Below are positions 31,722-40,846 of a DNA stretch of 64,000 bases, one piece after another (the stretch's first letter is position 1; each line of letters begins with the position of its first letter). Location of the stretch: positions 53,535 through 117,534 of the IMG/VR virus record IMGVR_UViG_3300046782_000129, one strand, 5' to 3'. The notes below the pieces were generated by a model. The model was given only the letters and a program-made list of their open reading frames with translations, was not told where the DNA came from and ran no database searches. The DNA comes from a virus. The position numbers and the translations under genes were made by a program.

Positions 31722-32831
31722 ATGAAGTTCTTACCGAAAAACACGCTGGCATACTTCAACGATGCACCTCAGGTGCATCAGCACGATTTCTCGGAGTTGC
31801 CGACCGGAGTCTTTGCGGAGTCCACGGGGATCTACAAAAAGGACTGCGACCAGACGTCGCCCAACAATGACGCGGTGACGTTCTATGCGCTGAATCACTG
31901 CGCGTCGGTTGTCCGGAAGATGTTCACGCAAAACGAAGTGCTCCCGGCGTGGGCACTGAAGATCATGACGATGTACACCGACGTGTGCATGTCGCAGGGA
32001 GAGCGCATCCTGCATTACATCCTGTGCATTACGACACGGGAGACCCGCCATCTGAAGTCCTGCACACCGAAGTTCTGGGCTGACGTGGCGTCGAAGTTCG
32101 ACCAGAAGTCCGTGAACATCCTGAAGCACATTTCCAGCGATGGCGACGAAAACACGGCGATGAACAAGTACATCAAAACGCCTCCGGACATGACCATCGG
32201 TCAGTTCGTGAACACGTTGTCGTATGCGTTTCATCATGCGGGGTCGCATGGCTGGAACGGCAGCTACGGCGGTCATCCGTGGGGTCAGGTGACGGATGCG
32301 GTGATCAGCTACTTGCATGGCGTCACGTCGATGGAGATGCTGGTGGATACCGGCTACACGCTGGCTCACAACGGTGGTCCCATCTTCAACAAGGGCATGA
32401 TGTATGGCCATCAGGACACCAACAAGCTCTTCACGGTGCTCGATGTCCAGCGTAGCGGCCAGATGTTGGACTTGATCGTGGCGACGGAAACATTGGGTGT
32501 CAACAAAACCGTGGAGGCTCTTGAAGCGGTAGCGTTGATCAAGGAACATTGCCCTACGGAATTTCAGGGATACGTGGACTGGAAGCTGGTCGATGACCTG
32601 CGTCCTGCGAAGGACAAGGCCGCGAACCCCCACAAGTACCAGAAGCAGACCACGGCACAGAAGCAGCCGACGAAGGTCGCCAAAGCGAAGGCCGCGAAGG
32701 CTGCGGCGGCGGCAAGTGTGACGGCTCCGTCAACGATGACGACGTTGCTCGGGAAGAAGATCAAGGTGACGGGCACGTTCCAAGTCTATCCGCACCAGAA
32801 CGTCAATATCGTGGAACGGGTGGGTAGCTAA
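31722..32831 (+). CDS. Hypothetical helical phage protein
   Basis: 369-aa ORF, own promoter 31657; motifs YGGHPWG, LAHNGGPIFNKG, LDVQRSGQ. Confidence 0.7.
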   Translation: MKFLPKNTLAYFNDAPQVHQHDFSELPTGVFAESTGIYKKDCDQTSPNNDAVTFYALNHCASVVRKMFTQNEVLPAWALKIMTMYTDVCMSQGERILHYILCITTRETRHLKSCTPKFWADVASKFDQKSVNILKHISSDGDENTAMNKYIKTPPDMTIGQFVNTLSYAFHHAGSHGWNGSYGGHPWGQVTDAVISYLHGVTSMEMLVDTGYTLAHNGGPIFNKGMMYGHQDTNKLFTVLDVQRSGQMLDLIVATETLGVNKTVEALEAVALIKEHCPTEFQGYVDWKLVDDLRPAKDKAANPHKYQKQTTAQKQPTKVAKAKAAKAAAAASVTAPSTMTTLLGKKIKVTGTFQVYPHQNVNIVERVGS

Positions 32832-33572
32832 GTGTGGGGCGAGAAGAAGGGCGACGAGAAGGCGTTCTCGGGCACGGCACTGACGGTGCGGTGCTACGAG
32901 AAGCATCCGGCCATCAAGATCGGCAAGGGCAAGTTGTACGGGGGCAGTGCCAGCCACCCGGTGATGGAAGACGCGGACATCTACGTGGCGTTGCAGAGTG
33001 GCAGCACGAGCGGGCTGTCGTCGGACCCATGGGAAAAGGACAAGGTGGTGGAGATTCACTACTCCATCACAGACATGCACGCGCCCAAGGACGTGGACCG
33101 GTTCAAGAAGCTGGTGACGTGGCTCTGCACTCAGTTGCAAAATGGGCAAACGGTTCACGTGGGGTGCATCGGGGGCCACGGGCGGTCAGGGCTGTTGATT
33201 TCATCCATCGTGGCGGAAGCCTTGGAGAAGAAGGACGCCATCCAGTGGGTGCGGAAGCACTACTGCAAGAAGGCGGTCGAGTCCAAGGCGCAGATCCAGT
33301 TCCTGATGAAGCACTACGGGGTGACGGAAGCCGACCCGACGAAGGAAAGCTACACCAAGCCCAACGGCCACGGCACGAACTACACGAGTTGGGGGAGCAA
33401 GTCCTTCCAGTCGATTGAGAAGTTCATGACGAGCGGTCACCAGCCTGAGTCGTGGGTGAGCGAGACCAAGGGCAAGCAGATTGTCCCGGAGGGCGTCTCG
33501 GCGTCCACGCGGTCCTTCGTGCCAGCGGCATCGTCCCGGAACCTGTGGAAGGTCCGGAAGCGGAAGATTTGA
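32832..33572 (+). CDS. Cys-based protein tyrosine/dual-specificity phosphatase
   Basis: VHVGCIGGHGRSG (CX5R), ITDMHAP, AVESKAQIQFL. Confidence 0.85.
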   Translation: MWGEKKGDEKAFSGTALTVRCYEKHPAIKIGKGKLYGGSASHPVMEDADIYVALQSGSTSGLSSDPWEKDKVVEIHYSITDMHAPKDVDRFKKLVTWLCTQLQNGQTVHVGCIGGHGRSGLLISSIVAEALEKKDAIQWVRKHYCKKAVESKAQIQFLMKHYGVTEADPTKESYTKPNGHGTNYTSWGSKSFQSIEKFMTSGHQPESWVSETKGKQIVPEGVSASTRSFVPAASSRNLWKVRKRKI

Positions 33573-33633
33573 CAAATTCCTAGACCCCGTGCTACAATGG
33601 TCTAGTTGAATTTTGTCCAAGGAGTGGGCTGAG

Positions 33634-34602
33634 ATGGCATTCAAATTGAGTTCAGACGCGCAAACGGTGTTCTTCGCCAAGGTCTTCGGAGACACCCATC
33701 CGGTGACGGAGCAGGTTAAGGCCCTCGTGTTGGCGGGCGTCACGTTCGAAGTGGGCCTGTACAGCATTACGGCGACCGCCAAGGGACTGGGCGGCACGGC
33801 GTCATCCAAGGCATCCTCCGTGACCCTGACGGCGGGGTCCACGTCGCTGATGAAGGGCACCGTGGCTCCCATGATCGCGGAGCAGAACAAAACGCTGATC
33901 GACCAGTGGGTGTCGGTTCTCGGCATTGGCGTCAAGCCAGAGCCGGTGGAACCGCCCAAGGTCACGCTGACGATTCTCGGGATTCCTCCCGGTGACAGTC
34001 AGCCGAATCTCATTGTGCTGATCAAGGCGATCCGCACGGTGACGGAGTTCGGACTGGCACAGGCCAAGAAGCTGGCGGAGGATGTGCTGGCGGGCACGTC
34101 CGTGACGGTGGAAGTGGTGCCCTCGATGACAGCCACGGCAGTGATGACGTTGCAGAAGGCAGGCGTGAAGCTGTCCTTGACGGCGCAGGCCCCCACGGTG
34201 CCGGATGTTCTGCACCAGACCATCCCGCCACCGAAGTCCGTGGCCAAGCCCATCAACACGGTGATGAATCTGAAGGATGCGGCGGCACTGGGCCAGAAGG
34301 TTCACGGCACGAGCAACGGCAGCATCTACTACACGATTGCCCTCAGCAAGCAGGGTCTGAAGTTGGCGGCACGTCTGACCTCAGGCGGGGCCATCTCCAT
34401 CCGGGCCGAGTGGCAGGGCCAGCCGACTGCGGAACTGAAGAAGCTTCAGGAGTCTGGCGTCTCGATGAAGACCGGGTACGGCAGCATTCACTTCGATGGC
34501 GCGGGTGTGCCTCTCCAGAAGGTGGTCGGAGCGTTCTTGTTCGGCACGGGGATCGACTGGGCCGCGATGGTCACCAACGGATCAGAACTGGTCGTGGCGT
34601 GA
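33634..34602 (+). CDS. Protein with internal ribosomal bL12 C-terminal-like domain
   Basis: LIVLIKAIRTVTEFGLAQAKKLAED...LQKAGVKLSL; own promoter 33569. Confidence 0.65.
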   Translation: MAFKLSSDAQTVFFAKVFGDTHPVTEQVKALVLAGVTFEVGLYSITATAKGLGGTASSKASSVTLTAGSTSLMKGTVAPMIAEQNKTLIDQWVSVLGIGVKPEPVEPPKVTLTILGIPPGDSQPNLIVLIKAIRTVTEFGLAQAKKLAEDVLAGTSVTVEVVPSMTATAVMTLQKAGVKLSLTAQAPTVPDVLHQTIPPPKSVAKPINTVMNLKDAAALGQKVHGTSNGSIYYTIALSKQGLKLAARLTSGGAISIRAEWQGQPTAELKKLQESGVSMKTGYGSIHFDGAGVPLQKVVGAFLFGTGIDWAAMVTNGSELVVA

Positions 34603-34862
34603 TGTTTCATCATGACTTCATGCGCCATGACGTGCCAGCGGCCAAGGCCGAGATGGACCTGCTGAAGACCACGAAGGTCGGGGACATCCGTCGAGGGACG
34701 TTGTTCCCCGCCTTGGACGTGGGCATGGAATGGATCTGCCGGGTGGCCAAGGACCCCGTGTGGGAGTTCGAAGGGCTGTTCTTCGGCCAGCCGGTGTACC
34801 ACGTGGTCATCACTTCGACCCCCGAGTCTGTGTCGCTGGACCTGAAGGAGCTACAGCCATGA
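34602..34862 (+). CDS. Hypothetical protein
   Basis: TGATG coupling. Confidence 0.55.
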   Translation: MFHHDFMRHDVPAAKAEMDLLKTTKVGDIRRGTLFPALDVGMEWICRVAKDPVWEFEGLFFGQPVYHVVITSTPESVSLDLKELQP

Positions 34863-35257
34863 ACCTTGGCTTCTTCGCGGCAGACACGTTGAACATGACG
34901 TTGTACCAAATCCAGAACCGTTTGAAGGCGAGTGAGATTCACCAGCTACGGCTGGGGCCATGGAAGATCGAGATGGACATTGACGTGGAGTCCGACATCA
35001 TCACGAACACGGAACTGGCGTTCTGGGTGACCATCGCCAAAACCCTGCGGCTGTACCTGATCGTCAGGGAGAAGGAAAGCTGGCTCTTCGTGCTCAACGC
35101 GGCGGCATTGAAGAAGTGTGGGGCCAAGACCGGCTTCGCGGGCCAGAGCAGCAAAGAGCGAGTCAACGAGTTCAAGCCTGCCATCAAGGGTCTGTTCCGG
35201 TGGCGTGATGGTCGCTGGGAAAAGATTCAGCACGAGGGATGGCAGGAGAAGCCGTGA
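34859..35257 (+). CDS. Hypothetical protein
   Basis: AAGGAG RBS, ATGA overlap. Confidence 0.55.
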   Translation: MNLGFFAADTLNMTLYQIQNRLKASEIHQLRLGPWKIEMDIDVESDIITNTELAFWVTIAKTLRLYLIVREKESWLFVLNAAALKKCGAKTGFAGQSSKERVNEFKPAIKGLFRWRDGRWEKIQHEGWQEKP

Positions 35258-35491
35258 GTGACAAGTGGTTCGCACGAGCGTTAGTCTTCGGTCTCACGGT
35301 CTGGATGGGCATCGTTCTGTTAAGCTGGTGGGTGATTCACAATGGGTGACTCTGGTGTCGGTGACGTGATGCTAGGCATCGCAGGCGTGGCTTTCTTCGT
35401 GGCCCTCGTGGCGTTTATTGGGTGGGCCATGATCAGTCTCGGAGTGTGGCGCGGCCAGTTGAAGTCGTGGAATCGGGCAAGGAAGCAGGTA

Positions 35492-35925
35492 TGAGCGACG
35501 TCGAATCTCACGAAGTCGATGAACTTCGTGCCGAGATAGCACGGCTCAAGGCTGAACTCAATCGAGCCGCTGCGCTTGTCGAAGCCATCGGTCGCACCTC
35601 TGGTTGGCGCGAACAAATGCGTGAGGCCCGAGAGCAGGGCCAAGCGCAGTTGCGGGAGGAAATCGCCACGGTGACGAAGGAACGGGACGACCTCAAGGCT
35701 TTGCATGAGCGGGTGCTAGGACGCTGGACGAATACTAGCGACGAACTCACTGAGGCCCGCGCCGAACGGGACAAGTGGCAGACGGACTGGGAGCTATTGA
35801 AGTCTGACTACCAAGCCTTGCAACGCGATTTGGTCGGGACGTACGCAAAGATTCAGCGGCTCAAGGAAGAAGTGGACGAGTTAAAAACGACGCTGGCGGT
35901 TCACACCGACATGGATCCGCGATGA
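35492..35925 (+). CDS. Coiled-coil protein
   Basis: Heptad-rich ELRAEIARLKAEL pattern. Confidence 0.55.
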
Positions 35926-36155
35926 CTGACGAATTGACGGCGTTTCTGAAGGCGGCAACATCGCACTACATGCAACACGGGATGAAGACTGAATCGTGGA
36001 TGCGTGTCGATGAAGCCGTTCGCGTTCACAACGACTTGACCGCATCTCTTCGTGCCGACCGTGATCGCCTGCGGGAGGAACTGGCGAAGCAGAAAGCTCG
36101 GTATTGCTCGATCTGTGAGTTCGGCCACGAGGGAGAATGCCGTGAGCACCGATAA
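35922..36155 (+). CDS. Small coiled-coil/Zn-motif protein
   Basis: ATGA overlap; CSICEFGHEGEC. Confidence 0.5.
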   Translation: MTDELTAFLKAATSHYMQHGMKTESWMRVDEAVRVHNDLTASLRADRDRLREELAKQKARYCSICEFGHEGECREHR

Positions 36156-36312
36156 GCGATTATACGAGGCGCTTGAACTAATTGACCGGCTGGAGCGCGA
36201 GTTGGCCAAGTTGCGGGAGGAGATCGCCGCGAAGGACGCCGAGATTCAGCGGCTCAAGGATCAGCACCAAGAAGATTTGGAACTCATGCGTGATATGCGA
36301 GAGCGGCTGTGA
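36142..36312 (+). CDS. Small coiled-coil protein
   Basis: GAGGGAG RBS before GTG; shares IQRLK segment with 35492 gene. Confidence 0.45.
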   Translation: MSTDKRLYEALELIDRLERELAKLREEIAAKDAEIQRLKDQHQEDLELMRDMRERL

Positions 36313-36477
36313 CTCTCGTTCGTTATCCGGGGGTTCTGTACATCAAAGACATCGCAGACCTGCGTCAGCAGTTGCTGGAGGCCGCAGATACTATCGAAGC
36401 CTTCGGTCGCAAGTTGGCGGAGCAAGGTCAGCAATTGATCGAAGCCAAGGCCGAAGTTGCCCGGTTGAAAGAGAAGC

Positions 36478-38859
36478 ATGCGACTCACGATCTGGTCCAA
36501 GACCATCCCCGCCAAAGTCCTGCGAAACCTGTCGCCCGTCCTTCGCACCGCAAACGTAAACGCCACGGTCGTCGCTGACCATTCGGTGCCTGAGGGCACG
36601 ACGGTCATTCTCGCACTCGGCACGGAATCCCTCAAGAAGCTGCAAGAGCACAAGGTCCTCGCCAAGAACCGCACCACCACGTCCTATCGCACGATGCCCC
36701 ACATGCTGGGCACCACGCCCGTGTTGGTGAGCTACAGTCCGGAGATAGGCGAGATAGACCACGGCTACTATATCGATCTGTTGACCGATGTCAGCTTGGC
36801 CATGCGCTACTGCCTGACGGGCAAGTGGCATCCCATCTACGGCAAGTATCGGTACGTCAAAGACTTTTCCGAGTTGTGCCACGCGATTGAGCAACAGCAC
36901 GCCGACACCGGCCAGCCCGTGGACGTGGCGAAGGACTTGGAAACACTGGGGCTGGATCCCTACGCTGAACCAGAGCTAGGCTTCCCCGGTGCCTACATCG
37001 TCTCCATGCAGGCGTCACACCAGAAGGGCACCGCTGATGTGGTCCGGTTCGCTGATCGGATGCACGAGAGCCAGCGATTATCTGACCCAGCCTTCAGAGA
37101 GCAAGTGGAGTTTCTGTTGCGCTGTCCCTATGTCCGGTTGAAGGGCGCGAACTTCAAATACGATCTGCACTGGCTGTGGAAGCGTGGCGGCTTTACGTGC
37201 AGCACGTTCACCTTCGATACCACCATCGTGGGCAGTTTGCTCGATGAGAATCGTAGCAATGCGCTGGATGTTCACGTCAAACTCTACGCCAACACGCTGG
37301 CCGGGTACTCCGACAAGTTTGATCGTGAAGTGGACAAGAGCCGCATGGACAAGGTACCCCCCGATGCCCTGCTCCCCTATGCTGGCGGCGATGTGGATGG
37401 GGGCCTGCAAGTGGCCGAGGCCATGAAGCAGGAACTCCTGCAAGACAAGCGGCTGACCAGTTTCTATGTGAACGTCCTCCACCCCGCCGCCAGAGCCTTT
37501 GAATGGGTCGAGCAGGGGGGTGTGGTGATTGACCCCGAAGCCTTCAAAGAACTGAAATCTGATTTGGAGACGGAGCACGCCAGACTCGTGAAGGAAGCCA
37601 GCAGGATCATGGGGGGCCGCATCGTCATCAAGCATGCGTATAACAGCTTGATCGGGATGGGGGCCATGAACCTCACCAAAGCGTCCATGCTGGTGGACTT
37701 CATGTTCACCACGATGGGTCTCAATCTCAAGCCTAAGATGTGGACCCCGAAGCCCGACAAGGATGGGATCAAGCGACCATCAACAGCCATGGAACATCTG
37801 GAGATGTTTGCGGCCCTCCCAGAGGCCAAAGCCTTCGTGGACATCATCCGGCAAGACTCCAGCGTCATGAAGACCTACAACACCTACGTGGTGGGCTTCT
37901 TGGAGCACCTGAGGTCGGACCATCGTTTCCACCCATCGTACTGGCTCTTTGTGGGCAACAAAGAAGAGGGAGAGGGTGGCGCGAAGACTGGACGATTGTC
38001 TTGCACTGGACCCGCTTTTCAAACCGTACCCAAGCACACGGCATGGGCACAGAGAATCAGACGATGCTATCCGGCTCCACCGGGCTACGTGGTGGTCGAG
38101 CGAGACTATGGACAGGGTGAACTCCGGGTGGTGGCGTGCATTGCGAACGAGACGAACATGCTCAACGTGTTCAAATCGGGCAAGGACATACACGCGGATA
38201 CGGCAGCACCGTTCGCAGGGTACACCTACGATGCGCTGATGGCGTTGGAGCAGACGGATACCCACAAATTCGAAGAGACTAGACAGCTTGGGAAGGCGGG
38301 CAACTTTGGGCTGGTGTTCGGCATGCGTGAGGATGGCTTCGTGGCCTACGCCAAATCCAATTACGGCGTGGAGCTAACGTGGGAGGATGCCCACACCTTT
38401 CGCAACACGTTCTTTAAGAAATATCCCCGCCTAGAGGTGTATCATAGGTCCGCGATTGAGTTTGCGAAGCAGTACAAACACGTGAGAACGCCACTCGGCA
38501 GAATCCGGCACCTCCCGTTGATCACGTCGCCCAATCGTGAGGTGGCCGCGAAGGCGGAGCGACAGGCCATCAACAGCCCGGTTCAAGGTACCCTCACGGA
38601 CATGACCCTCTGGACCATTGCATTGGAGCACAAGTGGGGACTCGCCAAGATCGCGCCTTGTTTTGGAGCCTGCCACGACTCCATTCTGAATTATGTCCCC
38701 GAGGATCAAGTGGACAGCATCGTGAATCAGCAACTCGATCAGATGGAATCCCTGCCGTTCCACGAGGTTGGCTGGTCCCCGCAAGTGAAGTTCGTGGCCG
38801 AGGCCAAGGTGGGAAAAAATTGGGGCGAGGTCAAGAAGTTTCACAGGAAAGCCTCATGA
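36478..38859 (+). CDS. polA: Family A DNA polymerase with 3'-5' exonuclease and degenerate UDG-like N-terminus
   Basis: Exo I DLET, Exo II GANFKYD, Exo III YAGGD; TGRLS; motif A DYGQGELR; motif B RQLGKAGNFGLVFG; AINSPVQG; motif C HDS. Confidence 0.92.
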   Translation: MRLTIWSKTIPAKVLRNLSPVLRTANVNATVVADHSVPEGTTVILALGTESLKKLQEHKVLAKNRTTTSYRTMPHMLGTTPVLVSYSPEIGEIDHGYYIDLLTDVSLAMRYCLTGKWHPIYGKYRYVKDFSELCHAIEQQHADTGQPVDVAKDLETLGLDPYAEPELGFPGAYIVSMQASHQKGTADVVRFADRMHESQRLSDPAFREQVEFLLRCPYVRLKGANFKYDLHWLWKRGGFTCSTFTFDTTIVGSLLDENRSNALDVHVKLYANTLAGYSDKFDREVDKSRMDKVPPDALLPYAGGDVDGGLQVAEAMKQELLQDKRLTSFYVNVLHPAARAFEWVEQGGVVIDPEAFKELKSDLETEHARLVKEASRIMGGRIVIKHAYNSLIGMGAMNLTKASMLVDFMFTTMGLNLKPKMWTPKPDKDGIKRPSTAMEHLEMFAALPEAKAFVDIIRQDSSVMKTYNTYVVGFLEHLRSDHRFHPSYWLFVGNKEEGEGGAKTGRLSCTGPAFQTVPKHTAWAQRIRRCYPAPPGYVVVERDYGQGELRVVACIANETNMLNVFKSGKDIHADTAAPFAGYTYDALMALEQTDTHKFEETRQLGKAGNFGLVFGMREDGFVAYAKSNYGVELTWEDAHTFRNTFFKKYPRLEVYHRSAIEFAKQYKHVRTPLGRIRHLPLITSPNREVAAKAERQAINSPVQGTLTDMTLWTIALEHKWGLAKIAPCFGACHDSILNYVPEDQVDSIVNQQLDQMESLPFHEVGWSPQVKFVAEAKVGKNWGEVKKFHRKAS

Positions 38860-39131
38860 CCCCCAGTGGTGAGAGCAATATCCAATTCGTCCCCGAGCAT
38901 CAGTGTCCTGCCTGCAAACGGACCATGGATGTGGTGATGATCTTAGAAGACGATGAACCGTATCTCCCCGAGGCAGGCGACATCACCATCTGTGGGTTCT
39001 GCCTGACCGTGAACGTCTTCAAAGAGGATGGCCAGCTACGGTTTGCCACCAGTGAAGAGTGCGAGAAGATTCCTCATTGGGTAAGAGTCAGGATGGCCGA
39101 GGAACAGAAGAGACGACAGCGGGTGTTCTGA
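38856..39131 (+). CDS. Small Zn-ribbon protein
   Basis: CPAC...PEAGDITICGFC; ATGA overlap. Confidence 0.6.
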   Translation: MTPSGESNIQFVPEHQCPACKRTMDVVMILEDDEPYLPEAGDITICGFCLTVNVFKEDGQLRFATSEECEKIPHWVRVRMAEEQKRRQRVF

Positions 39132-39139
39132 TCGCACAG

Positions 39140-39170
39140 TTGACAAATCGTGGCGGCGCGTGTTAGGATC
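39140..39170 (+). promoter_or_regulatory. Sigma70 promoter heading the Tas-like operon
   Basis: TTGACAAA 39140, extended -10 TGTTAGGAT. Confidence 0.65.
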
Positions 39171-39199
39171 CACCCAGTCAATGGAGTGTTGTAGATCCC

Positions 39200-39373
39200 A
39201 TGTGGAGAATTCGCTCACTCACCGAGACGGATAACAAAGGCCAACCCAAGTACTGGTCCACCGATGTGGGCTGGACGTGGAAGACCTTTGCTGACACGTT
39301 CACACAGGAAGAAAAAGATGCCGTGATGCTGCCGAAGCACGCGGTCTGGGAAGCAATCACAGAGCAGGAGTAA
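39200..39373 (+). CDS. 57-aa Trp-rich protein, not in ORF track
   Basis: MWRIRSLTETDNKGQPKYWSTDVGWTW...; stop 3 nt before the Nop-domain gene. Confidence 0.55.
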   Translation: MWRIRSLTETDNKGQPKYWSTDVGWTWKTFADTFTQEEKDAVMLPKHAVWEAITEQE

Positions 39374-39376
39374 CCA

Positions 39377-40249
39377 ATGGCAGAAGAGAATTTCGATGAT
39401 CAGCAGTTAGACCCCATCAAGCGGCTCAACAGGGACCTGAAGAAGGCGGCGGCGACCCTCTCGGCTAATGAAGCGAGATTCCTCGTGGATGCATATTATC
39501 AGATGCAAAGAGACCGCATCCGAGCCGCGCATCAGGCGAGAACGTTGGAGGAGGCAGGAGAGCCGAATCAGATTCTCGGTTGGTTGTTCGACAACACCGA
39601 AACCCTCGAAAGAAACATCAAATCTGCCTTAGGCACTTACAGCAAGCATCACCCAGTCGGCAAGTGGGCGGAGTCCATCGTGGGCATCGGCCCCGTCATC
39701 AGCGCAGGTCTCTTGGCCCACATCGATATCCAGAAGGCCCCTACCGTGGGCCATATCTGGAGGTTTGCTGGTCTCGATCCTACCGTCGTGTGGGGCGAGG
39801 GCAAGAAGAGACCTTGGAACGGTGCTCTCAAAAGACTCTGCTGGATCATCGGAGAGAGTTTCACGAAGCAACAGAGCCACGAAGAGGACACCTACGGCCA
39901 GTTTTACGTGGCCCGCAAGGCCCAAGAAGAGACCAAGAACGCCAACCATGACTTCGCAGACCAAGCGAAGAAGTCTCTCTCCACCAAGAACTGGAAGAAG
40001 GACACTCAGACCAAAGCGGCCTATGAACAGGGGATGTTGCCGCAGGCCCGCATCCATCTAAGAGCACAGCGATACGCCGTGAAGCTCTTCCTTAGCCACT
40101 GGCACGAGGCCGCATTCTTCAACCACTATGGTGTCCTCCCTCCAAAACCCTACGTGATCCAACACATGGGCCACGCACACTTCATTCAGCCCCCAAACAT
40201 GCACTTGATTGCCGGATGGGCGGAGGCCAGAGCCAAGGCAGGCATCTAA
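39377..40249 (+). CDS. Nop-domain RNA-binding protein, TasA-like (IS110-related, no RuvC/HNH nuclease)
   Basis: Coiled N-terminus (LVDAYYQMQRDRIR), IVGIGPVISAGLLA, IWRFAGLDP, PWNGALKRLCWIIGESF, HLRAQRYAVKLFLSH; no DEDD domain, no SG catalytic loop; upstream of 36-nt dual-repeat array. Confidence 0.85.
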   Translation: MAEENFDDQQLDPIKRLNRDLKKAAATLSANEARFLVDAYYQMQRDRIRAAHQARTLEEAGEPNQILGWLFDNTETLERNIKSALGTYSKHHPVGKWAESIVGIGPVISAGLLAHIDIQKAPTVGHIWRFAGLDPTVVWGEGKKRPWNGALKRLCWIIGESFTKQQSHEEDTYGQFYVARKAQEETKNANHDFADQAKKSLSTKNWKKDTQTKAAYEQGMLPQARIHLRAQRYAVKLFLSHWHEAAFFNHYGVLPPKPYVIQHMGHAHFIQPPNMHLIAGWAEARAKAGI

Positions 40250-40554
40250 TGGCTCAGCAGTGGGATGAGTTTGAAGGCCGGTTCATCGAGATAGAGGAAA
40301 ACATCAAGCCTTCATTAGCGGTAAGGCGTGGGGCATCGGTGCCCCCGCCCCAAGCAAGCACAAGCAAGCACAAGCAAGCATTCCCCAAGCAAGCACAAGC
40401 AAGCACAAGCAAGCATCCCTCACCGGGCACTCCAGAGGGCAGAATGAAGGGTGGCAAGGCCAGATTGAGGGATGATCCGAAACGCCGTAGAGAGATTGCC
40501 CTCAGAGCCGCAAAAGTGCGTTGGAACAGAGGTCATGACACCAAGGGGTCGTAA
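40249..40554 (+). CDS. Small basic protein with internal tandem repeat and KGG-type C-terminus
   Basis: TAATG coupling; GRMKGGKARLRDDPKRRREIALRAAKVRW. Confidence 0.55.
   Translation: MAQQWDEFEGRFIEIEENIKPSLAVRRGASVPPPQASTSKHKQAFPKQAQASTSKHPSPGTPEGRMKGGKARLRDDPKRRREIALRAAKVRWNRGHDTKGS
40351..40415 (+). repeat. Tandem repeat (CAAGCAAGCA)3-TTCCC-(CAAGCAAGCA)3
   Basis: Read directly: 40351-40380 and 40386-40415. Confidence 0.9.
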
Positions 40555-40846
40555 ATTGTTGGCGGCGGCTCTGGAAGCCAAGAAGATGGTCATAGGCAGG
40601 GGCCACGTTCTGGGTAAGTGGAAGTCACAGGTGGGTGGGGATATGCACCCATCGAAGGCGCAGATTCTTCACGTGCAGTGTGTGCAGTGCCAAGCGTGGC
40701 TCAATCTTGAACTAATGGTGGACGAGACCATCCACGTGGGTGGAGCAGCCTACAGACGGCCCTGCCAAGGTATCATCAGAAGCAGGAAGCGGAAAGCCGC
40801 CAAGCAACAACCGGTGAATGAAGAGCGTGCCGTGCAAGGAGAGTGA
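40535..40846 (+). CDS. Basic Cys/His protein; 3' end overlaps first array unit
   Basis: GAGG RBS; GHVLGKW..CVQC..GGAAYRRPC, similar to 950..1264. Confidence 0.55.
   Translation: MTPRGRKLLAAALEAKKMVIGRGHVLGKWKSQVGGDMHPSKAQILHVQCVQCQAWLNLELMVDETIHVGGAAYRRPCQGIIRSRKRKAAKQQPVNEERAVQGE

Noticed and set aside
39377-40249. IS110 transposase / insertion sequence
   Set aside because: Lacks the N-terminal DEDD RuvC domain and the SG catalytic loop; sits in a phage operon with a 36-nt dual-repeat array, fitting TasA better
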